A DNA stretch of 61,439 nucleotides from a virus (Duplodnaviria > Caudoviricetes), in IMG/VR virus record IMGVR_UViG_3300043256_000338, positions 1-61,439 of that record; one strand, 5' to 3'. The notes under the pieces were generated by a model, which was not told the origin of the DNA, ran no database searches, and was given only the letters and a program-made list of their open reading frames with translations. Of the stretch, positions 26,726 through 34,317 are shown one piece after another (positions within the stretch are counted from its first letter, which is position 1; the number at the start of each line of letters is the position of its first letter). A program made the translations under genes and the position numbers.

Positions 26726-27844
26726 TCATCCTCTCTGGATTGTCAGGCGCTCGCTCGCACGCGTGCAAGCAGTGTAGCGCCACCTAAGAACGTCGTACTT
26801 GGCATCATCGAAAACAAACACGTTTGACCACTCACTCCCCTGAGCCTTGTGGCAAGTCAGCGCATAAGCGAAGTCGAACAGATGCATGTTGTTCGCGTCC
26901 GCCTCGACATGAGCCTCGCGATCCGGCTGCTTCCCGAAGCCGCCCTTGTGGACCCTTATGTCCAGCAGGCGCCCGGACCAGTCGTCTTTGAGCAGACACT
27001 TGAACCCAAGGTCGATTGGAGTGCAGACGAGTACGCGGAAAATCTCTCCATTGATGACCCCTTTCCGGCGGTTGTTTTTCAGGCACACGACCCGATCGCG
27101 GTCCTTGAGATCACCAGTAAATCCCAGAATCCGGGACCGCCACTCCGCGTTGATCCGGTGACGAGCATGGTTGGTAGCGACAAGGATGACGTCCGAATCA
27201 GCAGCGCGAGCATTGTCGACGACTCGCCCCACAGTGCCCCGAACCACCCATACCCGGTCGGACGTCCAATCCTCAGCCGGAAGCTCACCGTTGCGCACAC
27301 GATATGCGCAATCGATGATTGGATTCCCGGCCGCTTGACGATGGATCTTCTCGAGCACGAAATCCGGGTTCTTCATGATCTCCGGATCGGTGCCGACCGG
27401 AGGCAGCTGGCCGTGGTCGCCGACGAACAGCACCGGCAGTCCGAGCTCAACCACGTCGTCGTGAACGACGTGGTTGATCATAGATGCCTCATCGATGATC
27501 AGGCCCGACGGGTACCTATGCAGGCCCTCCTTTGCATCGAACTCTGGGTTCCCATGCTCATCCATCCCCTTGTAGTTGTACGCGAAGGAATGGATCGTCG
27601 ACGCGGGGAGCCCTTTGCGCCTCAGTACTGAGACAGCCTTCCCGGTCGGTGCGAGGACAGACCAATTCTCGAACGTGTCATGCTCTATCAGGGCAGAAAT
27701 GAGCGTGGTCTTGCCCGTCCCAGCCAGCCCAGACATCGTCTGGCTCATCGGTGCACCACCAGGGATGGCGAGGCACCAAGCCACTATGCCATCGCGAACT
27801 TGGATCTGGTCTTCCGACAGTTCCAGGGCTTCGTCCTTACTCAT
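26726..27844 (-). CDS. SF1B RecD/Dda-like helicase
   Basis: GLAGTGKTT, APTGKA, IIDEASM, GDHGQLPPV, YALTCHKAQGSEW, YTACTRA. Confidence 0.93.
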   Translation of the reverse strand: MSKDEALELSEDQIQVRDGIVAWCLAIPGGAPMSQTMSGLAGTGKTTLISALIEHDTFENWSVLAPTGKAVSVLRRKGLPASTIHSFAYNYKGMDEHGNPEFDAKEGLHRYPSGLIIDEASMINHVVHDDVVELGLPVLFVGDHGQLPPVGTDPEIMKNPDFVLEKIHRQAAGNPIIDCAYRVRNGELPAEDWTSDRVWVVRGTVGRVVDNARAADSDVILVATNHARHRINAEWRSRILGFTGDLKDRDRVVCLKNNRRKGVINGEIFRVLVCTPIDLGFKCLLKDDWSGRLLDIRVHKGGFGKQPDREAHVEADANNMHLFDFAYALTCHKAQGSEWSNVFVFDDAKYDVLRWRYTACTRASERLTIQRG

Positions 27845-28826
27845 TTTCTTCATCCTCCTCGTGAACCAGGAGTTTGCCGGCCGAGTCGATGAACTGGACT
27901 CCATTCCGGTCGCGGTAGTAGACAGCCCGGCCAGCAAGATCGGCGTCCACCGGATCCCACGGCAGCAGGCTCGGGATGAACAGGTGCTTGGAACAGCCTT
28001 TGCGCTGCTCGGCAACGTCCAGGCGGCGCTGCCAGTGCTCGCAGAACCACGTCCCGTCCTCGAGCGGGGTCACCGACGTGCAAGTCCGACAGTTGCGCTC
28101 GAGCTCCTCGACCCGCTCGAAGTGGCACACGCCGCGGTGGTCGCAGAATTTGCACTCGATCCGGGTCGGATCTTCTTGGATGCGTGACAGCGGCTCCGGG
28201 GAGCCGACGATCAGCTCCGCGCGGTGCATGATCGCGTCCGCCTCCACCTTGTCGTAGCGAACTCGCTCCGAATAGATCTGGTCCGTCTCCTTGCAGACCA
28301 TGACGTAATAGGCCCGCGAGACGTCCCAGCCACGCTCGCGAAAGCCATGCATGTACGTTTGCATCTGAGCGTAGTGCTTGGGATTCGCCTTTTGGACACC
28401 ACCCTTCAACATCGCCTTGAACCATTTGGTGTTCGATGTCTTGCACTCGAAGACGTGCCAGGACTTCGGCGCGTCTGGGAATCCCTTGCCCACCCCATCG
28501 CAGGAGCCACCAAAGTGGCCGCCGAACCAGCTGAACCGCCACTGCTCCTTCGACTCTGGATCGATGGCCTCGAGCTCGATGCCGATCGCCTTCAGGTCGT
28601 CGACAACCCAGTCCTCCTCAATGTCGCCACGCTTGAACAGTCGGAGCAGGCGTCCACCGAACTTCCTGGCCACAGCCCACCGGAACCCGTACCAGAGATG
28701 GCGGTTGCAAGCGGACCCGATGATTGAGGCGCCGAGATGGGGACGCCTCCAGTCCTCGGCAACCTTCTCGTAGTGGCGATAGATCAGGTTCCCGAGCTTG
28801 TCGCCTATCTCTGGCAGCTTCGCCAC
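27837..28826 (-). CDS. PD-(D/E)XK exonuclease (Cas4/YqaJ-like, Cys cluster)
   Basis: RPHLGASIIG..C.R.LWY, GSCDG, FECKT, QMQTYM, CKFCDHRGVC. Confidence 0.88.
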   Translation of the reverse strand: MAKLPEIGDKLGNLIYRHYEKVAEDWRRPHLGASIIGSACNRHLWYGFRWAVARKFGGRLLRLFKRGDIEEDWVVDDLKAIGIELEAIDPESKEQWRFSWFGGHFGGSCDGVGKGFPDAPKSWHVFECKTSNTKWFKAMLKGGVQKANPKHYAQMQTYMHGFRERGWDVSRAYYVMVCKETDQIYSERVRYDKVEADAIMHRAELIVGSPEPLSRIQEDPTRIECKFCDHRGVCHFERVEELERNCRTCTSVTPLEDGTWFCEHWQRRLDVAEQRKGCSKHLFIPSLLPWDPVDADLAGRAVYYRDRNGVQFIDSAGKLLVHEEDEENE

Positions 28827-28830
28827 AGCT

Positions 28831-29352
28831 CTACTTGCCCCAGGGGGGCGTCGCGGACTCGGCCGGTGCAGCACCGCTGCTAGCCGAAGCACCGCTCGGC
28901 CCCGGCGTCGGGGTACCGCTACCGGTTGCGCCGAACCGCTTGGCGATGGCGTCGTAGCCCTTGATATCGTTCCCCTCGCCGAATTTCTCGGTCGCTGGCT
29001 TGTAGACGACCCGGACAGCCAGCGGCTTGAAGTGGAGCTCCTGCGAATCGGTGATAGGGGGGGACCCCACCGCATGGCAGATCGCCGAGAGCTCGCTACT
29101 CGCGATCTCTTCAGCCTTCGCGCTGTCATTCCAGAGGTTCAGCCTAGCCCACACCTTCCGTCCTTTGTGCTGCGGGTGGCGAGACTCGTCGATCGCGAAC
29201 ACGATCTCGAGGTACTTGTTTTTGCCACCAGCTTTTGCATCCTTGATCTCGCTCTCGGTCGCGACCATTGCATACCACCCAGTGGGGAGAGGCTCTATCG
29301 GTCGTGCCGGATCCACTTTGTTCGGGTCGAACTCTGCACCTAGATGCGCCAT
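28831..29352 (-). CDS. DUF669-like ssDNA-binding protein
   Basis: PLPTGWY..GRKVWARLNL..NDIKGY..PPW tail; follows Sak4-like gene. Confidence 0.82.
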   Translation of the reverse strand: MAHLGAEFDPNKVDPARPIEPLPTGWYAMVATESEIKDAKAGGKNKYLEIVFAIDESRHPQHKGRKVWARLNLWNDSAKAEEIASSELSAICHAVGSPPITDSQELHFKPLAVRVVYKPATEKFGEGNDIKGYDAIAKRFGATGSGTPTPGPSGASASSGAAPAESATPPWGK

Positions 29353-29358
29353 GTCGGT

Positions 29359-30162
29359 CTAGCCTTCCTGATTCGGGAGGCTCGCCGAATGAGCCGCCGC
29401 GATCGCGTTTTGAAACACCATCCAGGGCTGCTCCTTGGGAAGCACGAGCTCGGACGGCAGTGAGTACCTGTTTTTCGCTTGCCAGGCAGGACGCGCCTCA
29501 GTGAACACGACACGTTCCCCTTGCCCTACGCCGCGCGAGCGTTCCTTGTTGAAGCCCGCGTCCTCCTTCACGATGTATGCACGGTAGTTGCAGAACAGCA
29601 GCGCATCGGACCAGTCGTGGACCAGTGCCGCGAGATTGTCACGGAGACGCAGCTTCCACCGGTCGTAGCTGTCCGAGTCCGGGTTCTCGAACTTCTTCGA
29701 TTCGCAGTGGGCCAGAAGAAGGATGATCATCCCCTTCTTGTTGCGTAGCCAGTCGAGGCCGGTCAGCAGGACCCGGAACTCGTCGAGCGCATACCCGTAG
29801 CCCTTGCCATAGCCGAAGGCCTCGATGTCAGCCTTGCCGTACTTCTCCGCCGTGTGGGTGTGGAGCAAGGGCTCCGCGAAGTCGAGCGTGTCGATGACCA
29901 CCGTCTGGTAGTCGTGGTCCTCAGATGCCAGCACGGTGACACAGTCAATGATCTCCTGCCAGGTCTTCACAACGGGTTCTTCGGGGCGAAGCTCGAATCG
30001 TTCGAAGTCGAGCGAACCCTGACCCTCTTCGGTCATGATGAAAATGGGCCTTGGCGCGGACGCCGCGAAGCTTGTCTTCCCGATCCCTCCCACCCCGTAC
30101 AGAACGACCTTCGGCGGCAGGAGGCGCTGCCCCTTCGCGATCGACTCGAGTGATACCGCCAT
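29359..30162 (-). CDS. AAA_24 / Sak4-like ssDNA annealing ATPase
   Basis: YGVGGIGKTSFA, TVVIDTLD, GYGKGY, AKNRY. Confidence 0.9.
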   Translation of the reverse strand: MAVSLESIAKGQRLLPPKVVLYGVGGIGKTSFAASAPRPIFIMTEEGQGSLDFERFELRPEEPVVKTWQEIIDCVTVLASEDHDYQTVVIDTLDFAEPLLHTHTAEKYGKADIEAFGYGKGYGYALDEFRVLLTGLDWLRNKKGMIILLLAHCESKKFENPDSDSYDRWKLRLRDNLAALVHDWSDALLFCNYRAYIVKEDAGFNKERSRGVGQGERVVFTEARPAWQAKNRYSLPSELVLPKEQPWMVFQNAIAAAHSASLPNQEG

Positions 30163-30287
30163 TACCGTCCTTCCATTTCGTTGAGGACCGCACGAAGCAG
30201 TTCCTTGGCTCGGGCTAGTGCCTCGCTGTCATCGAGGAGCCGGGCGACTTCGAGGAAGCCGCGGATGTCTTCTAGGATTTGTCCCAT
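30162..30287 (-). CDS. 41-aa hypothetical peptide
   Basis: Hand-translated MGQILEDIRGFLEVARLLDDSEALARAKELLRAVLNEMEGR; coupled at both ends. Confidence 0.5.
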   Translation of the reverse strand: MGQILEDIRGFLEVARLLDDSEALARAKELLRAVLNEMEGR

Positions 30288-30715
30288 CAGATCACCACCA
30301 GCGTCTTCAGCTCCACCGAGACCTTGCCAGGTTTTCGCTGGATCACGACCGCTGCTTCGAGGTACAGGTCACGATTGCTCTTCTCGAGCGCCGCGATCGC
30401 CTTTGCAACCGGAGCATGTTTCGTGCTGAAACACCTCCAGAACAGATTAGAGCCGAGCGATTTCTTGACAGCGGGGATACGATCCTCGATCACCGACACG
30501 TACACGTTCTGTTTGAGCGTCAGCTTCGCGGAGCCAAAGGCGCCGTCGGTCGCGAATGACTGCGAGCCGGCCGGCTTCGAGAAGCCGGTAGCCTTCACAA
30601 TCTCTTCCTCGACTCGGATGCGTTGTTCCTTTGCAAACTCCTCAGCCTTCTGCGCCGTCTCCAGTTGACACGACAGCTCGAAAAGCCGGCGTTCCGGCGT
30701 GGCGACCTCCGTCAT
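30287..30715 (-). CDS. Conserved recombination-module protein (Gp157-like position)
   Basis: Helical N-terminus, KPGKVSV C-terminus; upstream of Sak4-like gene. Confidence 0.6.
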   Translation of the reverse strand: MTEVATPERRLFELSCQLETAQKAEEFAKEQRIRVEEEIVKATGFSKPAGSQSFATDGAFGSAKLTLKQNVYVSVIEDRIPAVKKSLGSNLFWRCFSTKHAPVAKAIAALEKSNRDLYLEAAVVIQRKPGKVSVELKTLVVI

Positions 30716-30787
30716 GGGGCCTCTTCCCTGGTTGTGGTTGCATGATTTGCAGTGGTCATTGACCGAGCTGCCAGCATTCGAGCAGAT

Positions 30788-30807
30788 TACTCCGAGGAAT
30801 GCAACTA
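30788..30807 (-). promoter_or_regulatory. Operator-like site TAGTTGCA-TTCC-TCGGAGTA upstream of recombination operon
   Basis: Fits the shared 20-bp motif. Confidence 0.6.
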
Positions 30808-31227
30808 GGCTCGACGCTTGAGTCCCAACTTCTTCCGAACCCAGAAGACCGCCAGTTGGTGATTCTCGTCAGCCTCTTCGGGGGAGCTACTCGGGACCGG
30901 CGGTGGAGTGCCAACGGAACCCACGACTTGGGTCACATAGGGGGCAATCATCTCGGTGGGCATCGGGATCCAGTTCCCGTCATTGTCGACCTTCTCGAGC
31001 TCTGAGATGTCGATCGTCTTGACCCAGTTCCCGGCAACCTGGGTCTCCGCAATGACATGCGCCCCCCGCTGGGCGATCGCCCACTCGAGCATGTCGCTCT
31101 GCGGCTCATTTCGCCGATCACGGAGCGATACGAGGTACTGGATCACCTGGATGGCCAGGAAGCCGGCCGGCAAGCCCAAGGCGGACCCGAGGAAGGCAGC
31201 TAGGAGTACTTGGGAAGAGGCATCCAC
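30805..31227 (-). CDS. Membrane-anchored hypothetical protein
   Basis: N-terminal hydrophobic helix. Confidence 0.6.
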   Translation of the reverse strand: MDASSQVLLAAFLGSALGLPAGFLAIQVIQYLVSLRDRRNEPQSDMLEWAIAQRGAHVIAETQVAGNWVKTIDISELEKVDNDGNWIPMPTEMIAPYVTQVVGSVGTPPPVPSSSPEEADENHQLAVFWVRKKLGLKRRA

Positions 31228-31233
31228 GGTGAG

Positions 31234-31497
31234 CTATCCAGCCCTTGCCGCGGCCCACGCGGGGACGTCGTCCACAGAGACGATCGCAAGCCCGCACGCG
31301 TGGAGGATTTCCTCCACATGGCCGGAGAACGTGTTTTGCTCACCACGGAGGAATCGATAGACCGTTGACGGGGCAGCGGAAATGCCTCCGTGGTTTGCCA
31401 GGTCGTACTTGGAGACTCCGAGCTCCTCGATCCGCTCGAGGACGATGTCTCGAATCCAGAACTCGTTCAGGCGGTAGATGGTGGGGTTCTTCTTCAT
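31234..31497 (-). CDS. XRE/Cro-like HTH transcriptional regulator
   Basis: GVSKYDLAN..AAPSTVYRFLRGE. Confidence 0.82.
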   Translation of the reverse strand: MKKNPTIYRLNEFWIRDIVLERIEELGVSKYDLANHGGISAAPSTVYRFLRGEQNTFSGHVEEILHACGLAIVSVDDVPAWAAARAG

Positions 31498-31504
31498 GCT
31501 CGGG

Positions 31505-31535
31505 AGTCTACCCCGTGCTCCTACCCGTGCAACTG
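31505..31535 (-). promoter_or_regulatory. Promoter TTGCAC-N16-TAGACT with overlapping operator; probably leaderless transcript of the HTH gene
   Basis: Only 7 nt lie between the -10 hexamer and ATG 31497; operator CAGTTGCA-CGGG-TAGGAGCA at 31516..31535. Confidence 0.65.
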
Positions 31536-31536
31536 A

Positions 31537-31869
31537 TTATGCCTCGTACGTTCCCTCGACGCCCCGCGCATCGCGGATGCAGGTACGACGATTCAAGTCT
31601 TCCAGAGCGCTGAACAGATGGGAAATGGCTCTTCCGTTTTCGCCACACGCAAACTTGCCATTGCACGCCGTCTGGAAGAACTCGAGCCTCTGCTTCGCAG
31701 CCCGAATCACGGTCTCGATGAAGCAGCCGTTCGGCTTCTTCTGGTCTTCGCCACGTCCCAGCGGACCATTCTGCCAGACAATCGTGAGCCCGGTCGCCTG
31801 TGCCAGACCACTGGCCGGATTCCCGTCCTTGTCGAGCATGTTCTCGACGTCTAGAGGTTGATCGTTCAT
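31537..31869 (-). CDS. tad1: Tad1-like anti-Thoeris/CBASS nucleotide-signal sponge
   Basis: WQNGP..NG..RLEFFQ..FACGEN.RAISHL..AL..LNRR..RD.RGVEGT aligns by eye with recalled Tad1 motifs (FQKG..DRL..FQ..F..REN..ALTH.EEAL..NRR..R..R.V.GT). Confidence 0.78.
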   Translation of the reverse strand: MNDQPLDVENMLDKDGNPASGLAQATGLTIVWQNGPLGRGEDQKKPNGCFIETVIRAAKQRLEFFQTACNGKFACGENGRAISHLFSALEDLNRRTCIRDARGVEGTYEA

Positions 31870-31886
31870 CCATCCATCCTTTCCAG

Positions 31887-32222
31887 TCAGAGTACCGGTG
31901 GGAGTCCCGCGACCATCCGAATCCCCATGGCCGCGATCGACAGACCACCACGAAGAACTGCCAAGATCCGCCGATCGAGGTCATCGGCATTCTCTACCGA
32001 AACGATCCCGGCCTTGATCGCGATGTTGTCCCGCTCCGCCAACAGTGCGAGGTCGTACCCCGGTTCGCCTACCAGGGTGGCCAGATGGTCAATACGCTCG
32101 GCTGTGTAGTCCGCGACAGCCTGCAGGTCGGCGATTAGGAAGATGCCCAGATCGCCAGACTCCAGGACGAGTTGATCCACGATCCCCGTGCCAAGCACAG
32201 CCGCGGCTTCCTGGCGGTTCAT
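31887..32222 (-). CDS. Hypothetical protein with hydrophobic C-terminus
   Basis: ATGA overlap with lipoprotein gene; GGAGG RBS. Confidence 0.65.
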   Translation of the reverse strand: MNRQEAAAVLGTGIVDQLVLESGDLGIFLIADLQAVADYTAERIDHLATLVGEPGYDLALLAERDNIAIKAGIVSVENADDLDRRILAVLRGGLSIAAMGIRMVAGLPPVL

Positions 32223-32608
32223 CGAGCGTCCCTCCCGAGTAGGTACTTCCGGAGCCCCTCACCAAAGAGACGTGAGCGCTCCCGGAGCGACTCTGCGACG
32301 CCCGGGGTGATCTCGGCGGCCGCGACGCGGGCGACAATCCCAGACTCGCAGAGCTGGAACACCGGCGGCCAGAGCAGGTACGTATCAGCCGGCATCGGAT
32401 CCGAGTTGAATGCGACGAAGAAGACCCCGGCGATATCCGACGCCGCCGGCTGGGCCCCAAGGGGGAGCGCGGAGATGCCCTGGGATACGTCCACACTGAC
32501 TCCGGCCACCGCTGCCCGTAGTGCTGGGAGCAGCGCTTCCTCGCGAGCCACGGGGCCCGCGAGGCACCCCACAAGCAGCACCAGGAGGGCGAGTGAGTGC
32601 GCCCTCAT
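32219..32608 (-). CDS. Putative lipoprotein
   Basis: MRAHSLALLVLLVG|C lipobox; ATG 32608 overlaps upstream stop. Confidence 0.65.
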   Translation of the reverse strand: MRAHSLALLVLLVGCLAGPVAREEALLPALRAAVAGVSVDVSQGISALPLGAQPAASDIAGVFFVAFNSDPMPADTYLLWPPVFQLCESGIVARVAAAEITPGVAESLRERSRLFGEGLRKYLLGRDAR

Positions 32609-33354
32609 TCGCCCGGGCTCCCGTGGTAGACCTTCGGACCGTCGCCAAGAGCCGTCCGCAGATGCGCAATCGTCTGGTTGACCGCCGAGAACCGCGCCAT
32701 CTCGATGCCGTCCGCCGATGGCACGAATCGGATGCACTCCTCGTCGAGGTCCAGGAACAGGCCAACATCGACCGTGGCCTCGAAGCGGAACCCCGGGTTG
32801 ATGAACACTGGTGTGTTCACGACGAAGGACTCCGGGACATCCTCCGCTTGCTGGACCTTCGCCTCGACCGATTTGCCCAGCGATTCCTTGCCATGCTGGA
32901 CCGTGCTCGCGCCGTCCGATCGACGCTGGAAGTTGATCTTCCGGAGCGAGTTGATGACGCCTTGATTCTGGAGCTCGAGATTGAACTGCAGGCAGCGGAT
33001 CGCCTGGGCCGGAGAATACCCGCGATCGCCGAGTTGCATGAGCTTGACGAATCGACTCGAGTACTGGAAATCCATCGACATGAGCTCCCAGCGGTCCTCG
33101 ATATCGAGCACCAGATAAACGCCGGAGCAATCCACGTACAGCTCACAGCTATCAAAGACGGATGTAGCGTACTCGACAAAGCTCTCGAAACTGACCAGAG
33201 ATCCGTTGATCGGTTTCCTAGATCGCGCGTGTTCTTCGAACCTTCCGTTGTGCGCTACGAACACCTTCTCTGGCATCGAATCGCACGTCACGATCTTCGG
33301 AACGTTTGCGACCGCAGCGAATTCTCGCAGCTTGACCAGGAACTCAGCCAGCAT
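32605..33354 (-). CDS. DUF2303/YfdQ-like conserved phage protein
   Basis: SFESFVEYA, SLGKSVEAKV..VPESFVVNTPVF; paired with small upstream gene. Confidence 0.55.
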   Translation of the reverse strand: MLAEFLVKLREFAAVANVPKIVTCDSMPEKVFVAHNGRFEEHARSRKPINGSLVSFESFVEYATSVFDSCELYVDCSGVYLVLDIEDRWELMSMDFQYSSRFVKLMQLGDRGYSPAQAIRCLQFNLELQNQGVINSLRKINFQRRSDGASTVQHGKESLGKSVEAKVQQAEDVPESFVVNTPVFINPGFRFEATVDVGLFLDLDEECIRFVPSADGIEMARFSAVNQTIAHLRTALGDGPKVYHGSPGE

Positions 33355-33736
33355 TGGTCACCTCCACATCGCTGGTGCTGTCCGGCTCGGAGACATCGCG
33401 CGGCTCTGTGAGATCCAGCGTCCGCTGGTTGATATCCTCCGGAGACAGCTCATTGAAAAACAGCCCACCAGGGGTCGCCGCCATGTTGTAAGTCTGACTC
33501 TTGCGAGTCGGGATGGACTCCTTGATCTCGCAGTTCACGTCCACGGAGCTCAGGTCGCCCTCCTCCGTGGCCTTCGGCTCGATGACTACCGTCATCGAGA
33601 CCTTGCGAGCAGCGCTCACGCCGGGGCGGTCCCGGCAGTCCTCCTCCGCCCGGCGGAGCGCCTGCTCGAACGCGACGGCTACCCTTCCGGCGTCGATCCT
33701 GCAGATCGCGTCCAGAGACAGCTTCTCGAGCCCCAC
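33344..33736 (-). CDS. Conserved phage protein, partner of DUF2303-like gene
   Basis: IDAGRV..FEQALRRA..DCRDRP..ARKVSM..NQRTLD. Confidence 0.65.
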   Translation of the reverse strand: MGLEKLSLDAICRIDAGRVAVAFEQALRRAEEDCRDRPGVSAARKVSMTVVIEPKATEEGDLSSVDVNCEIKESIPTRKSQTYNMAATPGGLFFNELSPEDINQRTLDLTEPRDVSEPDSTSDVEVTNAG

Positions 33737-33760
33737 GGGACCCCCTTTCATCGGCTTGGG

Positions 33761-33795
33761 AAAAAAGCCCCGGGTGCCGACAAGCAACCCGGGGC
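33761..33795 (-). terminator. Intrinsic terminator/attenuator in the early-operon leader
   Basis: GCCCCGGG/CCCGGGGC stem followed by TTTTTT. Confidence 0.75.
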
Positions 33796-33876
33796 CGGAG
33801 GTGCCGTCACGTTGGTTCGGGTGGGCTTGAATGCAGTCATGGTCAAAGTCGAAGGCGAGACGCGCGGCACGGGGGC

Positions 33877-33908
33877 ACGGTAGCCATATGGTCGCACGCG
33901 TGCAACTA
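33877..33908 (-). promoter_or_regulatory. Early promoter TTGCAC-N17-TACCGT with operator TAGTTGCA-CGCG-TGCGACCA (33889..33908)
   Basis: Hexamers, spacing and near-perfect palindrome read directly. Confidence 0.7.
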
Positions 33909-33924
33909 GATCCCCAAGCGGGGG

Positions 33925-34305
33925 TCAGGAATTGAGAGCGATCGCAAACCGCCCATCACGAGCTCGGATGTACCTAATCTGTCCGCTCTCGTACGACTTG
34001 GCGATCTCGGGGCGGATCTGGATCAGGGCCATCAGCACGTTCTTGGCCGTATCGAGATCCCTGAACAGCAAGACAGAATCGGCCTGCGACCAGTCCAGCC
34101 CCAAGTGCACGACACTCCGGAACTTGTCGTAGCCCGACAGGACCAAGAGATCACCGGTGTGGAAGAGTGCCTCGGAGCTAACGAGGCGTGCCAGAGGAAG
34201 AAGGTCTTGCATAACGACTCCCATCGTTAGAGGTCGCACCATTGCAACCATCCAAGCGTACGATGGGTTCGGCGCTCCGGGCCATTCGGGCCCGGAGCGA
34301 TTCAT
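33925..34305 (-). CDS. Hypothetical protein
   Basis: ORF between tail tip and early promoter; start uncertain. Confidence 0.55.
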   Translation of the reverse strand: MNRSGPEWPGAPNPSYAWMVAMVRPLTMGVVMQDLLPLARLVSSEALFHTGDLLVLSGYDKFRSVVHLGLDWSQADSVLLFRDLDTAKNVLMALIQIRPEIAKSYESGQIRYIRARDGRFAIALNS

Positions 34306-34317
34306 GGGAAATACCGC

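Noticed and set aside
26752-26771. Operator-like TCGCAC-GC-GTGCAA
   Set aside because: Lies within codons of the conserved helicase motif YTACTRA; probably coincidental
27837-28826. Cas4-like nuclease as part of a CRISPR system
   Set aside because: Sits in the standard Sak4-SSB-exonuclease module; no array or other cas genes seen
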